From positions 1 through 22,738 of the forward strand of contig JBILDU010000042.1 of NCBI GenBank assembly GCA_044352465.1: a stretch of 22,738 nucleotides of DNA. The letters run 5' to 3'. Of this stretch, positions 8,120 to 16,571 are shown in pieces; positions within the stretch are counted from its first letter, which is position 1, and each line of letters opens with the position of its first letter. Position numbers and translations under genes: made by a program. The stretch comes from Bdellovibrionota bacterium (GTDB lineage Bacteria; Bdellovibrionota_C; UBA2361). The notes below the pieces were generated by a model. It saw nothing but the letters and a program-made list of their open reading frames with translations, ran no database searches and was not told the origin of the DNA.

Positions 8120-10119
8120 GAGACCACCTCCTCAGATACGCCGCGCGCACGTGCGATGGCGGGAACCTCACGGGCCTGCGGAATCGCCACGACGACCGTT
8201 CCGACGATCATCACAATCGCCCCAACCCAGAGCCACAATTGTAAAGGATTAATGAAGACCTTGAAGGCCGCCCGCTTACCCGAATCGTCGAGCCCTGCGA
8301 GCACGAGATAGAGGTCTCCCCGCACCGAATGATAGAGCGCCACCTCGGTCGTGTTCTCTTTATTGCGCGGATAGAAGCGCATCTCCGGCTGAAGAACCTT
8401 CACCACCGCATTATCGCTCACCGTCTTCACCGACACCTCAGCCGTGAGGGCCTGATAGTTCTTGCGGGGGATATCCCGTAACGCGTCGAGCGAGAGCTCA
8501 AATCGCCCGATCTTATACGACTCGCCCTGCGCAAGGGAGAAATCCTTCTCAACCTTGTGGGCCATCGAAGCAGTGATGGCGATCGTGACGATCACCACAC
8601 CGAAGTGAACCAGATGCCCACCGTAACGCACCCGATGCCGCCGCACGAGCGTTTGAACACCGCTCACTACCGAGTCCTCAGTGCGCCCAACCTGCTGCGC
8701 TCGGTAGCCACGGTGCAGCTCTCCCATAATGGTGAGGACAACAAAAAAGGAGAGGGCATAGGCGAGCGTTGGCCAAAAGCCAAAAACGCCCGCCCAAAGC
8801 ATTAAAACACCGAGAAAAAAGGCGCTCAGAAACGGGAGTAAGAAAGTTTTCCGCAAACTCCCCAACGAAGCCCGGCGCCATGCGATAAGCGGTCCTACCC
8901 CCATCATGAAGATAAGGCCCATGAAGAGCGGAACGTTCACCGCATTGAAAAACGGGACCCCCACTGCCAGCTTTTTACCGGTGACCGCCTCGGAGAGCAC
9001 CGGAAACATGACGCCCCACAGCGTCGCGAAACAGATGCTGAGGAAGATAAGGTTATTGAGAAGAAAAGCCGCCTCGCGGGAAAAGAGGCTCTCGATCTTT
9101 CGATCTGACGCAAGTTCACGGCGACGATAAAAACTGAGCGCTGCGGCAACAACGGTGATAATTCCGATATACACCAAGAAGATCCAACCGATATCGGTTG
9201 AGGCGAACGCGTGCACACTTTGGACGACCCCGGAGCGGGTGAGGAACGTTCCAAAGACAGTCAGTCCGTACGTCAATACGATGAGCCAGATGTTCCAGAA
9301 CTTGAGCATGTTTTTGCGCTCTTGCACCATCACCGAGTGCAGGAACGCCGTGCCGGTGAGCCACGGCAAGAATGAGGCGTTCTCCACCGGATCCCACGCC
9401 CAAAACCCACCCCAGCCGAGCTCGATGTATGCCCAATAGCCTCCGAGGACGATCCCGGCGGTCAAAAATCCCCACGAGACGAGCGTCCACCGCCGGGTAA
9501 GCCGAATCCACTCGTTCGAGAGATGGCCGGCGAGGAGTGCACCGATGCAAAACGCAAACGGAATACTGAAGGTCGTAAACCCGGCATACAAAGTCGGCGG
9601 ATGGATCGCCATGAACGGGTTCTGGAGCAGGGGATTGAGCCCGTTCCCATCAGGAGGAATAAACGGGGCTTTGATGTATCGAAACGGATTAGTAAAAAAA
9701 ACCACCACCGTGAGGAAGAAGAGGGAGGAGGAATTCACCACCGCGAGCACCCACGGCATCAGCGCCCGGGGATAGGTATGGCTTCGCGCCGCCACGATCG
9801 CGCCACACAGGGTAAGGAAGAACGCCCAGAGCAGCATCGATCCATCCATCCCGCCCCACAAGGCTGAGATCTTGTATACCGCCGGCATGTCGCGGTTTGA
9901 ATGCTCCCAAATGTACTGATTCGAAAAATCGGAGATGTAGAAACCGTAGCACAGCGCGAGTGTCGCAAGCCCCGCACAAACTCCGACAAGAACGGTTGCG
10001 TTGACAACTGCAGCCGACCAACTGCGTTTCCCCGTCTTCCCGCCATAGAGACCGGCGAGTACCCCGAAAAGGGCGACGAGCCACGAAGCACACAAAGCGA
10101 AATGTCCGAACTGCGCCAT
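8116..10119 (-). CDS. ccmF: Cytochrome c heme lyase CcmF
   Basis: WGGMDGSMLLW, GLNPLLQNPFMAIHPP, WWD motif ELGWGGFWAWDPVENAS, TAFLHS, TRSGVVQSVHAFA; GGAG RBS. Confidence 0.97.
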   Translation of the reverse strand: MAQFGHFALCASWLVALFGVLAGLYGGKTGKRSWSAAVVNATVLVGVCAGLATLALCYGFYISDFSNQYIWEHSNRDMPAVYKISALWGGMDGSMLLWAFFLTLCGAIVAARSHTYPRALMPWVLAVVNSSSLFFLTVVVFFTNPFRYIKAPFIPPDGNGLNPLLQNPFMAIHPPTLYAGFTTFSIPFAFCIGALLAGHLSNEWIRLTRRWTLVSWGFLTAGIVLGGYWAYIELGWGGFWAWDPVENASFLPWLTGTAFLHSVMVQERKNMLKFWNIWLIVLTYGLTVFGTFLTRSGVVQSVHAFASTDIGWIFLVYIGIITVVAAALSFYRRRELASDRKIESLFSREAAFLLNNLIFLSICFATLWGVMFPVLSEAVTGKKLAVGVPFFNAVNVPLFMGLIFMMGVGPLIAWRRASLGSLRKTFLLPFLSAFFLGVLMLWAGVFGFWPTLAYALSFFVVLTIMGELHRGYRAQQVGRTEDSVVSGVQTLVRRHRVRYGGHLVHFGVVIVTIAITASMAHKVEKDFSLAQGESYKIGRFELSLDALRDIPRKNYQALTAEVSVKTVSDNAVVKVLQPEMRFYPRNKENTTEVALYHSVRGDLYLVLAGLDDSGKRAAFKVFINPLQLWLWVGAIVMIVGTVVVAIPQAREVPAIARARGVSEEVVS

Positions 10120-10137
10120 ACGGTTTCTCCTAAGCTC

Positions 10138-10599
10138 TTAAAGTCCCGCGCGGGGGGCCTGGTCTGGGGTCGGCATCGCACCGGAGTATTTGTCGGTTGG
10201 CTTTGGCGCCTCGTATTTCGAGGGGCACTGGGTAAGAAGCTTCGTCGCTTCCAGCACTCCACCAGAGAAATTACCATCCATGATGACGTCTCGACCGGGA
10301 GCGAACATATCGGGCTTCACCCCGCGATACACCACGGGGAGGCCCCCTACGCCGAGCTCTTTCGTTCCCGGATCGAGCACGGTGAATTTGAGCTCAAAGG
10401 CGGGCTGGACCGCATAGTCGATCGGATCAGACGAAACCCGTCCGGCGACCCGAATGCGCGAAACCACACTGCCTTCCGGCTCAGCTGCCAACGCCGACGG
10501 GAGGAGCACGTCAGAGGTGCCAACCCGCGAAGCCTGAAAAACAAGTAACCCTCCAACAACGAAGGCCACAAAGAGGAGGCTAAAGAAAACTCGATTCAT
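10138..10599 (-). CDS. ccmE: Heme chaperone CcmE, CxxxY (System I*) variant
   Basis: N-terminal TM, IRVAGRV, VVYRGVKPDMFAPGRDV, LLTQCPSKY. Start could instead be ATG 10620. Confidence 0.92.
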   Translation of the reverse strand: MNRVFFSLLFVAFVVGGLLVFQASRVGTSDVLLPSALAAEPEGSVVSRIRVAGRVSSDPIDYAVQPAFELKFTVLDPGTKELGVGGLPVVYRGVKPDMFAPGRDVIMDGNFSGGVLEATKLLTQCPSKYEAPKPTDKYSGAMPTPDQAPRAGL

Positions 10600-10727
10600 G
10601 ATCGGTGCGTCAATTGACATGAGGTAACGACGCAAACGGTGAATTCGTCATACGGGCCCACCGACTACGCCGACGGAAAACGCAAGGAGTATAGACAGAT
10701 GAGCCGATGAGTACAACGGCGGGGGGG

Positions 10728-12221
10728 CTAAAACCGGCCACTGAGAGGCTTGAGCGTACGAATCCCAAGGACCTGCTTTATATCGTTTATCTTGCCGGTG
10801 ATGTGGGCCTCGTACCACCCCCTATCCCACCACTCCAGGGGATCAACTGGAACACCACTCAGGCGCATTTGGAGCAGATACCCGGGCCCGCGGAACAGAC
10901 CACTGCGCCCCGCTGTTCCGATCGCCTGGCCTACCGTGACCGCATCGCCCCGCTTGACCGAGATTGCCCCGAGCCCCGCATAGAGTGAGGCAACTCCAAG
11001 ACCGTGATCGACCACCACCGTATTTCCATACACTCCAACCGCCTCAGCGAGCACCACGATACCATCGTTCAACGCGCCGATCTCGGCATCGCTCCGTGAG
11101 GTGATTACTTCATATCCGAGACTCGGGCTCGTGCCGACAACTTCGCCATCTCGGGTGTACACAAGCGACTCTCCGAAGCGGGCCTTGAATCCACCTTGGG
11201 GAAGCGCAAAAGCGCCGTTCCAGTATCGCTCAAAACGGGGCTCTCTGAGCGCTCCTTGAATCTCCCGTTCGTTCAACCTACGTAAGCTCGTGTTCGCAAG
11301 CGCAAACTTCTCAAGTTGCCGCTCGACACTACCCCGCTCTCCGGAGAAAGAAATCGGCTCACCGGCAAGGTGGGCTGCCTCCTCAAGTTTGGCGAGATTG
11401 GCATCAACGATGGGAACAACTACTGTGCGAAGAAAATCATCGGTCACCGAGATTTCCTCACGGGTTGGCGAACGTGGCTGAACCCTGTTGTAGAATGATG
11501 CGGAAGATACGTTACCGACATCATCTTCGGCGAAGACACGTATCGCTGAGCTCTCGATCTTTCTCCCCGGCTCAATTCCATAGATCGCGACGAAAAGGCC
11601 CGAATCATTCAACTCAGGGTCGATGCCCCGCGCCGGAAATCCCACAAACGTCTGGCTTCCAACTTTAACGCCGGAGAGAGCCAAATTTTCATCGGCGGCT
11701 CGATAAAATACGAGCTGCGAACCTCCCTCGCGGGCGTTGTGTTGAGCTGAAACGACCTCAACTCGGGGGCGCCGATAATCAACTTTAAGGGGGACAACCA
11801 ACTCAGACTGATTACTCCAAAAACTCCGGTCGAAGGCCCGAATTTCCAGCGAGGCACCGCCCTCTTCGAACAAACTTTTATCGCCGTGAAAGTCGATCGA
11901 AATCTCACCCAGCCGTTCTCCCGCGAGGGAGCGTCGCAAAATCTCTTTCACCTGCCGCTTCTGTCGGGTACGCACCACAACCTCGTCGAGCCCGGCTTCC
12001 TCGTCGCTCAACTGAATCTTGATCGATACGGGAGCCACCCCAATGCCCCGCACGTTCTCGAGGAGGGTAATGGTGGGGCGCCCACGCTCGAGAAATCCAC
12101 CAGCGACCCGACTCCACCCGAAAACGGCCAGAGTTACTAAGGCTGTGACGATAACCAGCAGTACGATGACACCGAAGGGGATTCGACCGCGGTCGCTAGG
12201 GAGGGAAGGGGGGTGTTTCAC
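10728..12221 (-). CDS. Membrane-anchored M23/LytM-family protein with degenerate active site
   Basis: N-terminal TM; C-terminal LytM fold GIVVLAE..GVYGNTVVVDHGLG..SLYAGL..V..GQAIG..G.SG..VPVDPLEWWD; Zn ligands absent. Confidence 0.85.
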   Translation of the reverse strand: MKHPPSLPSDRGRIPFGVIVLLVIVTALVTLAVFGWSRVAGGFLERGRPTITLLENVRGIGVAPVSIKIQLSDEEAGLDEVVVRTRQKRQVKEILRRSLAGERLGEISIDFHGDKSLFEEGGASLEIRAFDRSFWSNQSELVVPLKVDYRRPRVEVVSAQHNAREGGSQLVFYRAADENLALSGVKVGSQTFVGFPARGIDPELNDSGLFVAIYGIEPGRKIESSAIRVFAEDDVGNVSSASFYNRVQPRSPTREEISVTDDFLRTVVVPIVDANLAKLEEAAHLAGEPISFSGERGSVERQLEKFALANTSLRRLNEREIQGALREPRFERYWNGAFALPQGGFKARFGESLVYTRDGEVVGTSPSLGYEVITSRSDAEIGALNDGIVVLAEAVGVYGNTVVVDHGLGVASLYAGLGAISVKRGDAVTVGQAIGTAGRSGLFRGPGYLLQMRLSGVPVDPLEWWDRGWYEAHITGKINDIKQVLGIRTLKPLSGRF

Positions 12222-12239
12222 TGTTTCCGGTGAGAGATG

Positions 12240-13343
12240 TCAAATTTCAAGTTCGGTATCTTGCAATGCGGTTCCAAATCGCTCCACCAAATACACTTTG
12301 AGCTTTTCACGAATACGATTCTCGAGTTGTCGTACCCGCTCTCGGCTGAGCGAAAGCTTTTCCGCGATATCTTGGAGGGTTGCTTTCTCCTCACCCAACA
12401 TTCGCTCGCGAAATATTATCGCCTCCTTCTCATTCAAAGTAGAGCCAAAGTCGTCGATCGCCTTCAAAACCAAGCCGCGAAGCTCCTTCTGCGCAAGCAG
12501 CTCCTCCGCCGAGAGCTCGCTCGAGGGAAGAACGGAGAGAAGCGTTCCTTCACCATCATCTTGAAACGGTGCATCGACACTCACATCTGCGCCGCTGAGC
12601 CGCTGCTCCATCTCAACGACTTCGCTCTCCTTCACGTTGAGCTTCTCCGCGAGGAGCTTCGGCCCCGGATAAAACCCCTCGCGCTCGAGCCGCTCCTTCT
12701 CCTTCTTCAGGTTAAAAAACAGCTTGCGCTGGGCTTGCGTTGTACCCAACTTCACCAACCGCCAATTGGCGATAACATAGCGAATAATATAGGCTTTAAC
12801 CCACCATACGGCATAGGAGGGGAAGCGTACGTTGCGATACGGATCGAAATTCTTCACCGCTTCCAGGAGGCCAACGTTACCCTCCTGGATAAGGTCGAGA
12901 AGGTTACGGGCAGCACGCTCATAATCTCGCGCCAATTTGACGACGAGCCATAAATTGCTCGATACCAACTTGTAAGCCGCTTCAAGATCTTTCTTCTCGA
13001 AGTAGCGAACAGCGAGCTCCCGCTCCTCCTCTCGGCTCAGCGCTGGGTAGCGGGCTATTTCGCGAAGATAGGCCGAAAGGGCATCGTAACGAACCAAGCC
13101 CCGATCAGCGCTCGACTCGGCCTCTTGATCCTCGGCGAGCTCAGGAAGGCCCTCCTCCGTATCGGCGAAGTCCGCCGGCAGGACTTCGAGGCCCGGCTCA
13201 ACCTCGGTGGGCTCGCTTGAACCTACGTGGGATGCGCCAATCGGATCCTCACTGCTTCCGATAAGCTCCCCTTCAAGCACCTCGGGCTCTTGAGAGGAAG
13301 AGTCTATGGCCGTAGTATTATTGTCTTTTTTTTCTTTACCCAC
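12240..13343 (-). CDS. rpoH: RNA polymerase sigma-32 factor
   Basis: Region 2 DLIQEGNVGLLEAVKNFDP, YAVWWVKAYI; RpoH box LVKLGTTQAQRKLFFNL; region 4 SLSRERVRQLE; GTG start. Confidence 0.9.
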   Translation of the reverse strand: MGKEKKDNNTTAIDSSSQEPEVLEGELIGSSEDPIGASHVGSSEPTEVEPGLEVLPADFADTEEGLPELAEDQEAESSADRGLVRYDALSAYLREIARYPALSREEERELAVRYFEKKDLEAAYKLVSSNLWLVVKLARDYERAARNLLDLIQEGNVGLLEAVKNFDPYRNVRFPSYAVWWVKAYIIRYVIANWRLVKLGTTQAQRKLFFNLKKEKERLEREGFYPGPKLLAEKLNVKESEVVEMEQRLSGADVSVDAPFQDDGEGTLLSVLPSSELSAEELLAQKELRGLVLKAIDDFGSTLNEKEAIIFRERMLGEEKATLQDIAEKLSLSRERVRQLENRIREKLKVYLVERFGTALQDTELEI

Positions 13344-13546
13344 CCCTCTACGCTATCAAGAAGGATTCAATCGAATCAAGCTCGTAGCTCACCCCTTCCA
13401 CGAACACCACCGTCGAGCCCGTCTGAGATTGATTTTAAGTTTAACCCCCCAACTGTCGAATATTGTCAGTGGATACAGTCAATTTTTGGCACCCCCGAGC
13501 GGCTTTGCGAGCCGACTCAGGGTGTTATGATTTTTTGGGCGCCGCC

Positions 13547-15241
13547 ATGTCCGCCAACGTAGGCGAGCTCCTCGTGCACGCGGGGAAGATATCGCCGGAG
13601 CAACTTCAGGTCGGACTCGAAGCCCAGCGGGCCAATGGTGGGAGTCTCGGCGCTCAACTTGTTAAGCTGGGGCTCATCGGCGAAACCGCGGTTGCGGAAG
13701 TCTTGAGTTCGCAGTTTGGTGTCCCGGTCATCGAGCTATCGAACTATTCGCTCGACGAGGGGGCCTTAGCTCTCATTCCACAAAATCTCGCGGTCAAACA
13801 CAACGTCCTCCCCATCGTAAAGTCCGACACGACCCTCACCGTTGCAATGGTAGACCCATCGAATCTGGTGGCGCTCAACGACATTAAATTTATCACCGGC
13901 CTTGATATCCGCGTGGTGCTCGCTACCGAGAGCGACATGAAGCACACCCAAGAGCGGGTCTTCGAAAGCGCGGTTTCATACGACGCTATCATCGGGGACC
14001 TCGACACAAGCGATGTTGAGGTAATCGATGCCGATGAGCAGCTCGACATTCGAGAGCTCGAGCGGGCTACGGAAGACGCTCCGGTGGTCAAACTCGTCAA
14101 TGCCATCCTCACCGACGCGATAAAAAAAGGGGCCTCCGATATTCATATCGAACCGTACGAGAAGCACTTCAGGGTTCGGTTTAGAATCGACGGCGTTCTC
14201 TACGAAATCATGCGACCACCTGCTCGTCTCAAAAACGCGATCACCTCGCGGGCGAAGATTATGGCGAACCTTGATATCGCCGAGCGACGACTGCCCCAGG
14301 ACGGACGCATTAAACTCAAACTCGCGAACAACCGTGAGATGGACTTTCGCGTCAACGTTCTCCCGACCCTCTTTGGCGAGAAAGTCGTCATGCGACTCCT
14401 CGACAAATCAAATCTTCAGCTCGACATGATGAAACTTGGGTTCGAGAGCGGGCAGCTCACCGATTTCAAAAACGCGATCTCAAAACCACACGGCATGGTT
14501 CTCGTCACGGGACCGACCGGCTCGGGCAAAACAACGACGCTCTACTCCGCGCTCGCCGAGCTCAACAAAGTCACCACAAACATCAGCACCGCGGAAGATC
14601 CTGTCGAATTTAATCTGGCGGGGATCAACCAAGCCCAGATGCACAGCGAAATCGGCTTCACCTTCGCCGCTGCTCTCCGCGCTTTTTTGCGCCAAGACCC
14701 CGACGTCATCATGGTCGGCGAAATACGCGATCTCGAAACGGCCGAGATCGCGATCAAAGCCTCGCTTACCGGGCATCTGGTGCTCTCGACTCTCCATACG
14801 AACGATGCCCCTTCGACGATAAATCGCCTACTTAACATGGGTGTCGAGCCTTTTCTCGTCGCCTCCTCAGTCAACGCGATCGTCGCGCAGCGCCTCGCCC
14901 GCCGAGTGTGTGCTCATTGCGCCCATCCCATCGACATCGATACCGACGTCCTTATCGGAATCGGGTTCTCACCAACCGAAGCGGGTATGGTGAAAGCACG
15001 CAGCGGCACCGGCTGTGAAAAATGCTCCGGAACCGGATACAAGGGCCGGATCGCACTCTACGAGATCATGCCGCTCCACGAGCCGCTGCGCGAGTGCGTC
15101 CTCAATGGTGCCACCGCGAGCGAGCTAAAGCGTGAAGCGATCAAGCACGGCATGCTCACGTTGCGAGCATCTGGGCTTATGCGGCTGCGTGAGGGGACAA
15201 CAACGGTCGAAGAAGTGTTGCGCGTCACGGCGGCGGATTAA
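13547..15241 (+). CDS. pilB: Type IVa pilus assembly ATPase PilB
   Basis: MshEN-like N-terminus, ASDIHIEP, AERRLPQDGR, Walker A GPTGSGKTT, RQDPD..VGEIRD, TLHTND, CxxC..CxxC. Start set at ATG 13547. Confidence 0.95.
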   Translation: MSANVGELLVHAGKISPEQLQVGLEAQRANGGSLGAQLVKLGLIGETAVAEVLSSQFGVPVIELSNYSLDEGALALIPQNLAVKHNVLPIVKSDTTLTVAMVDPSNLVALNDIKFITGLDIRVVLATESDMKHTQERVFESAVSYDAIIGDLDTSDVEVIDADEQLDIRELERATEDAPVVKLVNAILTDAIKKGASDIHIEPYEKHFRVRFRIDGVLYEIMRPPARLKNAITSRAKIMANLDIAERRLPQDGRIKLKLANNREMDFRVNVLPTLFGEKVVMRLLDKSNLQLDMMKLGFESGQLTDFKNAISKPHGMVLVTGPTGSGKTTTLYSALAELNKVTTNISTAEDPVEFNLAGINQAQMHSEIGFTFAAALRAFLRQDPDVIMVGEIRDLETAEIAIKASLTGHLVLSTLHTNDAPSTINRLLNMGVEPFLVASSVNAIVAQRLARRVCAHCAHPIDIDTDVLIGIGFSPTEAGMVKARSGTGCEKCSGTGYKGRIALYEIMPLHEPLRECVLNGATASELKREAIKHGMLTLRASGLMRLREGTTTVEEVLRVTAAD

Positions 15242-15350
15242 CCGGTGTACCGCCACATCGACCGGCAACCGCGATCGTTTTCGTCCGAATACATTTCGCT
15301 CGACCGAGCCGACGGTTGCGGTCATGCGATAACGTTTTAAGAGGGTGACT

Positions 15351-16571
15351 ATGCCGGTGTATCTGTGGGAGGGGACCAGTGCCGCCGGGAAGCGGATCTC
15401 CGGCGAGCTTGAGGGCCGCGACATCCAAGCTGTGTTTAACGCTCTCAAAGCCCAACGCATCGTCCCCGTTGCTCATCGAATCCGCCCGAAGGGCAAGGGG
15501 CTCGATATGGAGATCAAGCTCCCTGGGTTTGGGCCGAAAGTTCGACAGCGTGACGTGGTCATCTTTACCCGTCAATTCGCTACCATGATCGAAGCTGGAC
15601 TCCCGATCACTCAGGCGCTGGACATCTTGGCCCGCCAATCACCGAATCCAGCGTTCCAAAAAGCTCTCAACGGAGTGAAAGATACCGTCGAATCGGGCGG
15701 CACCCTCTCAGAAGGACTCGCCAAATCGCCGAAAGCTTTCGATGACCTCTACGTTAACATGATCACCGCCGGCGAAAACGGAGGTATTCTCGACGTCATT
15801 CTGGAGCGCCTCTCCATACACATGGAGAAAGCGATGAAACTGAAGCGGGAGGTCAAGACGGCGATGATCTACCCCGCAGTTGTTATCTCCGCCGCTGGGA
15901 TCGTCACTACTATCCTCCTCGTCTTTGTTATCCCCACCTTCAAAGATCTTTTTAATGACTTCGGTTCGGCACTACCACTCCCCACCCAGCTCGTGCTTGA
16001 TCTCTCTGACTTCTTCGTGTCGAATTTCTTTCTCATTTTCGGCTCACTCATCGCGCTGACGATCTCGAGCATTCGCTTCATTCGCACGCCACGGGGTAAG
16101 GAAGTCGTCCACCCGCTTCTCCTGAACCTCCCGGTTTTCGGAGACATCATCCGCAAAGTTGCGGTGGCTCGATTCACTCGCACCCTGGGCACCATGATCA
16201 GCTCGGGCGTGCCTATCCTTGACGCACTCAATATCTGCGCCAAAACAGCTGGGAACACGGTCGTCGAGCGGGATGTGCAACGCGCTCGCGTGAGTATCTC
16301 AGAGGGCAAGACGATGGCCGAGCCACTCGGCGCGTCAGCGGTCTTTCCACCGATGGTCGTCCAGATGATCGGGGTCGGGGAGTCGACCGGTGCCCTAGAT
16401 GCAATGTTGCAGAAGGTCGCTGACTTCTACGAAGACGAGGTTGATAACGCCGTAGGTGCAATGAAGCAAATGATCGAGCCTATCATGATTTTGGTGCTCG
16501 GCACGATCATCGGCGCTCTCGTTATCGCGATGTATCTGCCGATATTTAAAATGGGTTCGGTGGTTCAATGA
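15351..16571 (+). CDS. pilC: Type IV pilus inner-membrane platform protein PilC (T2SS F family)
   Basis: [63 protein letters not shown] before ATG 15351. Confidence 0.95.
   Translation: MPVYLWEGTSAAGKRISGELEGRDIQAVFNALKAQRIVPVAHRIRPKGKGLDMEIKLPGFGPKVRQRDVVIFTRQFATMIEAGLPITQALDILARQSPNPAFQKALNGVKDTVESGGTLSEGLAKSPKAFDDLYVNMITAGENGGILDVILERLSIHMEKAMKLKREVKTAMIYPAVVISAAGIVTTILLVFVIPTFKDLFNDFGSALPLPTQLVLDLSDFFVSNFFLIFGSLIALTISSIRFIRTPRGKEVVHPLLLNLPVFGDIIRKVAVARFTRTLGTMISSGVPILDALNICAKTAGNTVVERDVQRARVSISEGKTMAEPLGASAVFPPMVVQMIGVGESTGALDAMLQKVADFYEDEVDNAVGAMKQMIEPIMILVLGTIIGALVIAMYLPIFKMGSVVQ

Noticed and set aside
12237..12953. 238-aa plus-strand ORF
   Set aside because: Antisense shadow of rpoH with no motifs. 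The same applies to 6504-7187, 9901-10548 and 17975-18805.
13487..13502. sigma54 promoter upstream of pilB (TGGCACCCCCGAGC)
   Set aside because: GG-GC spacing is 9 rather than 10 and there is no TTGC.
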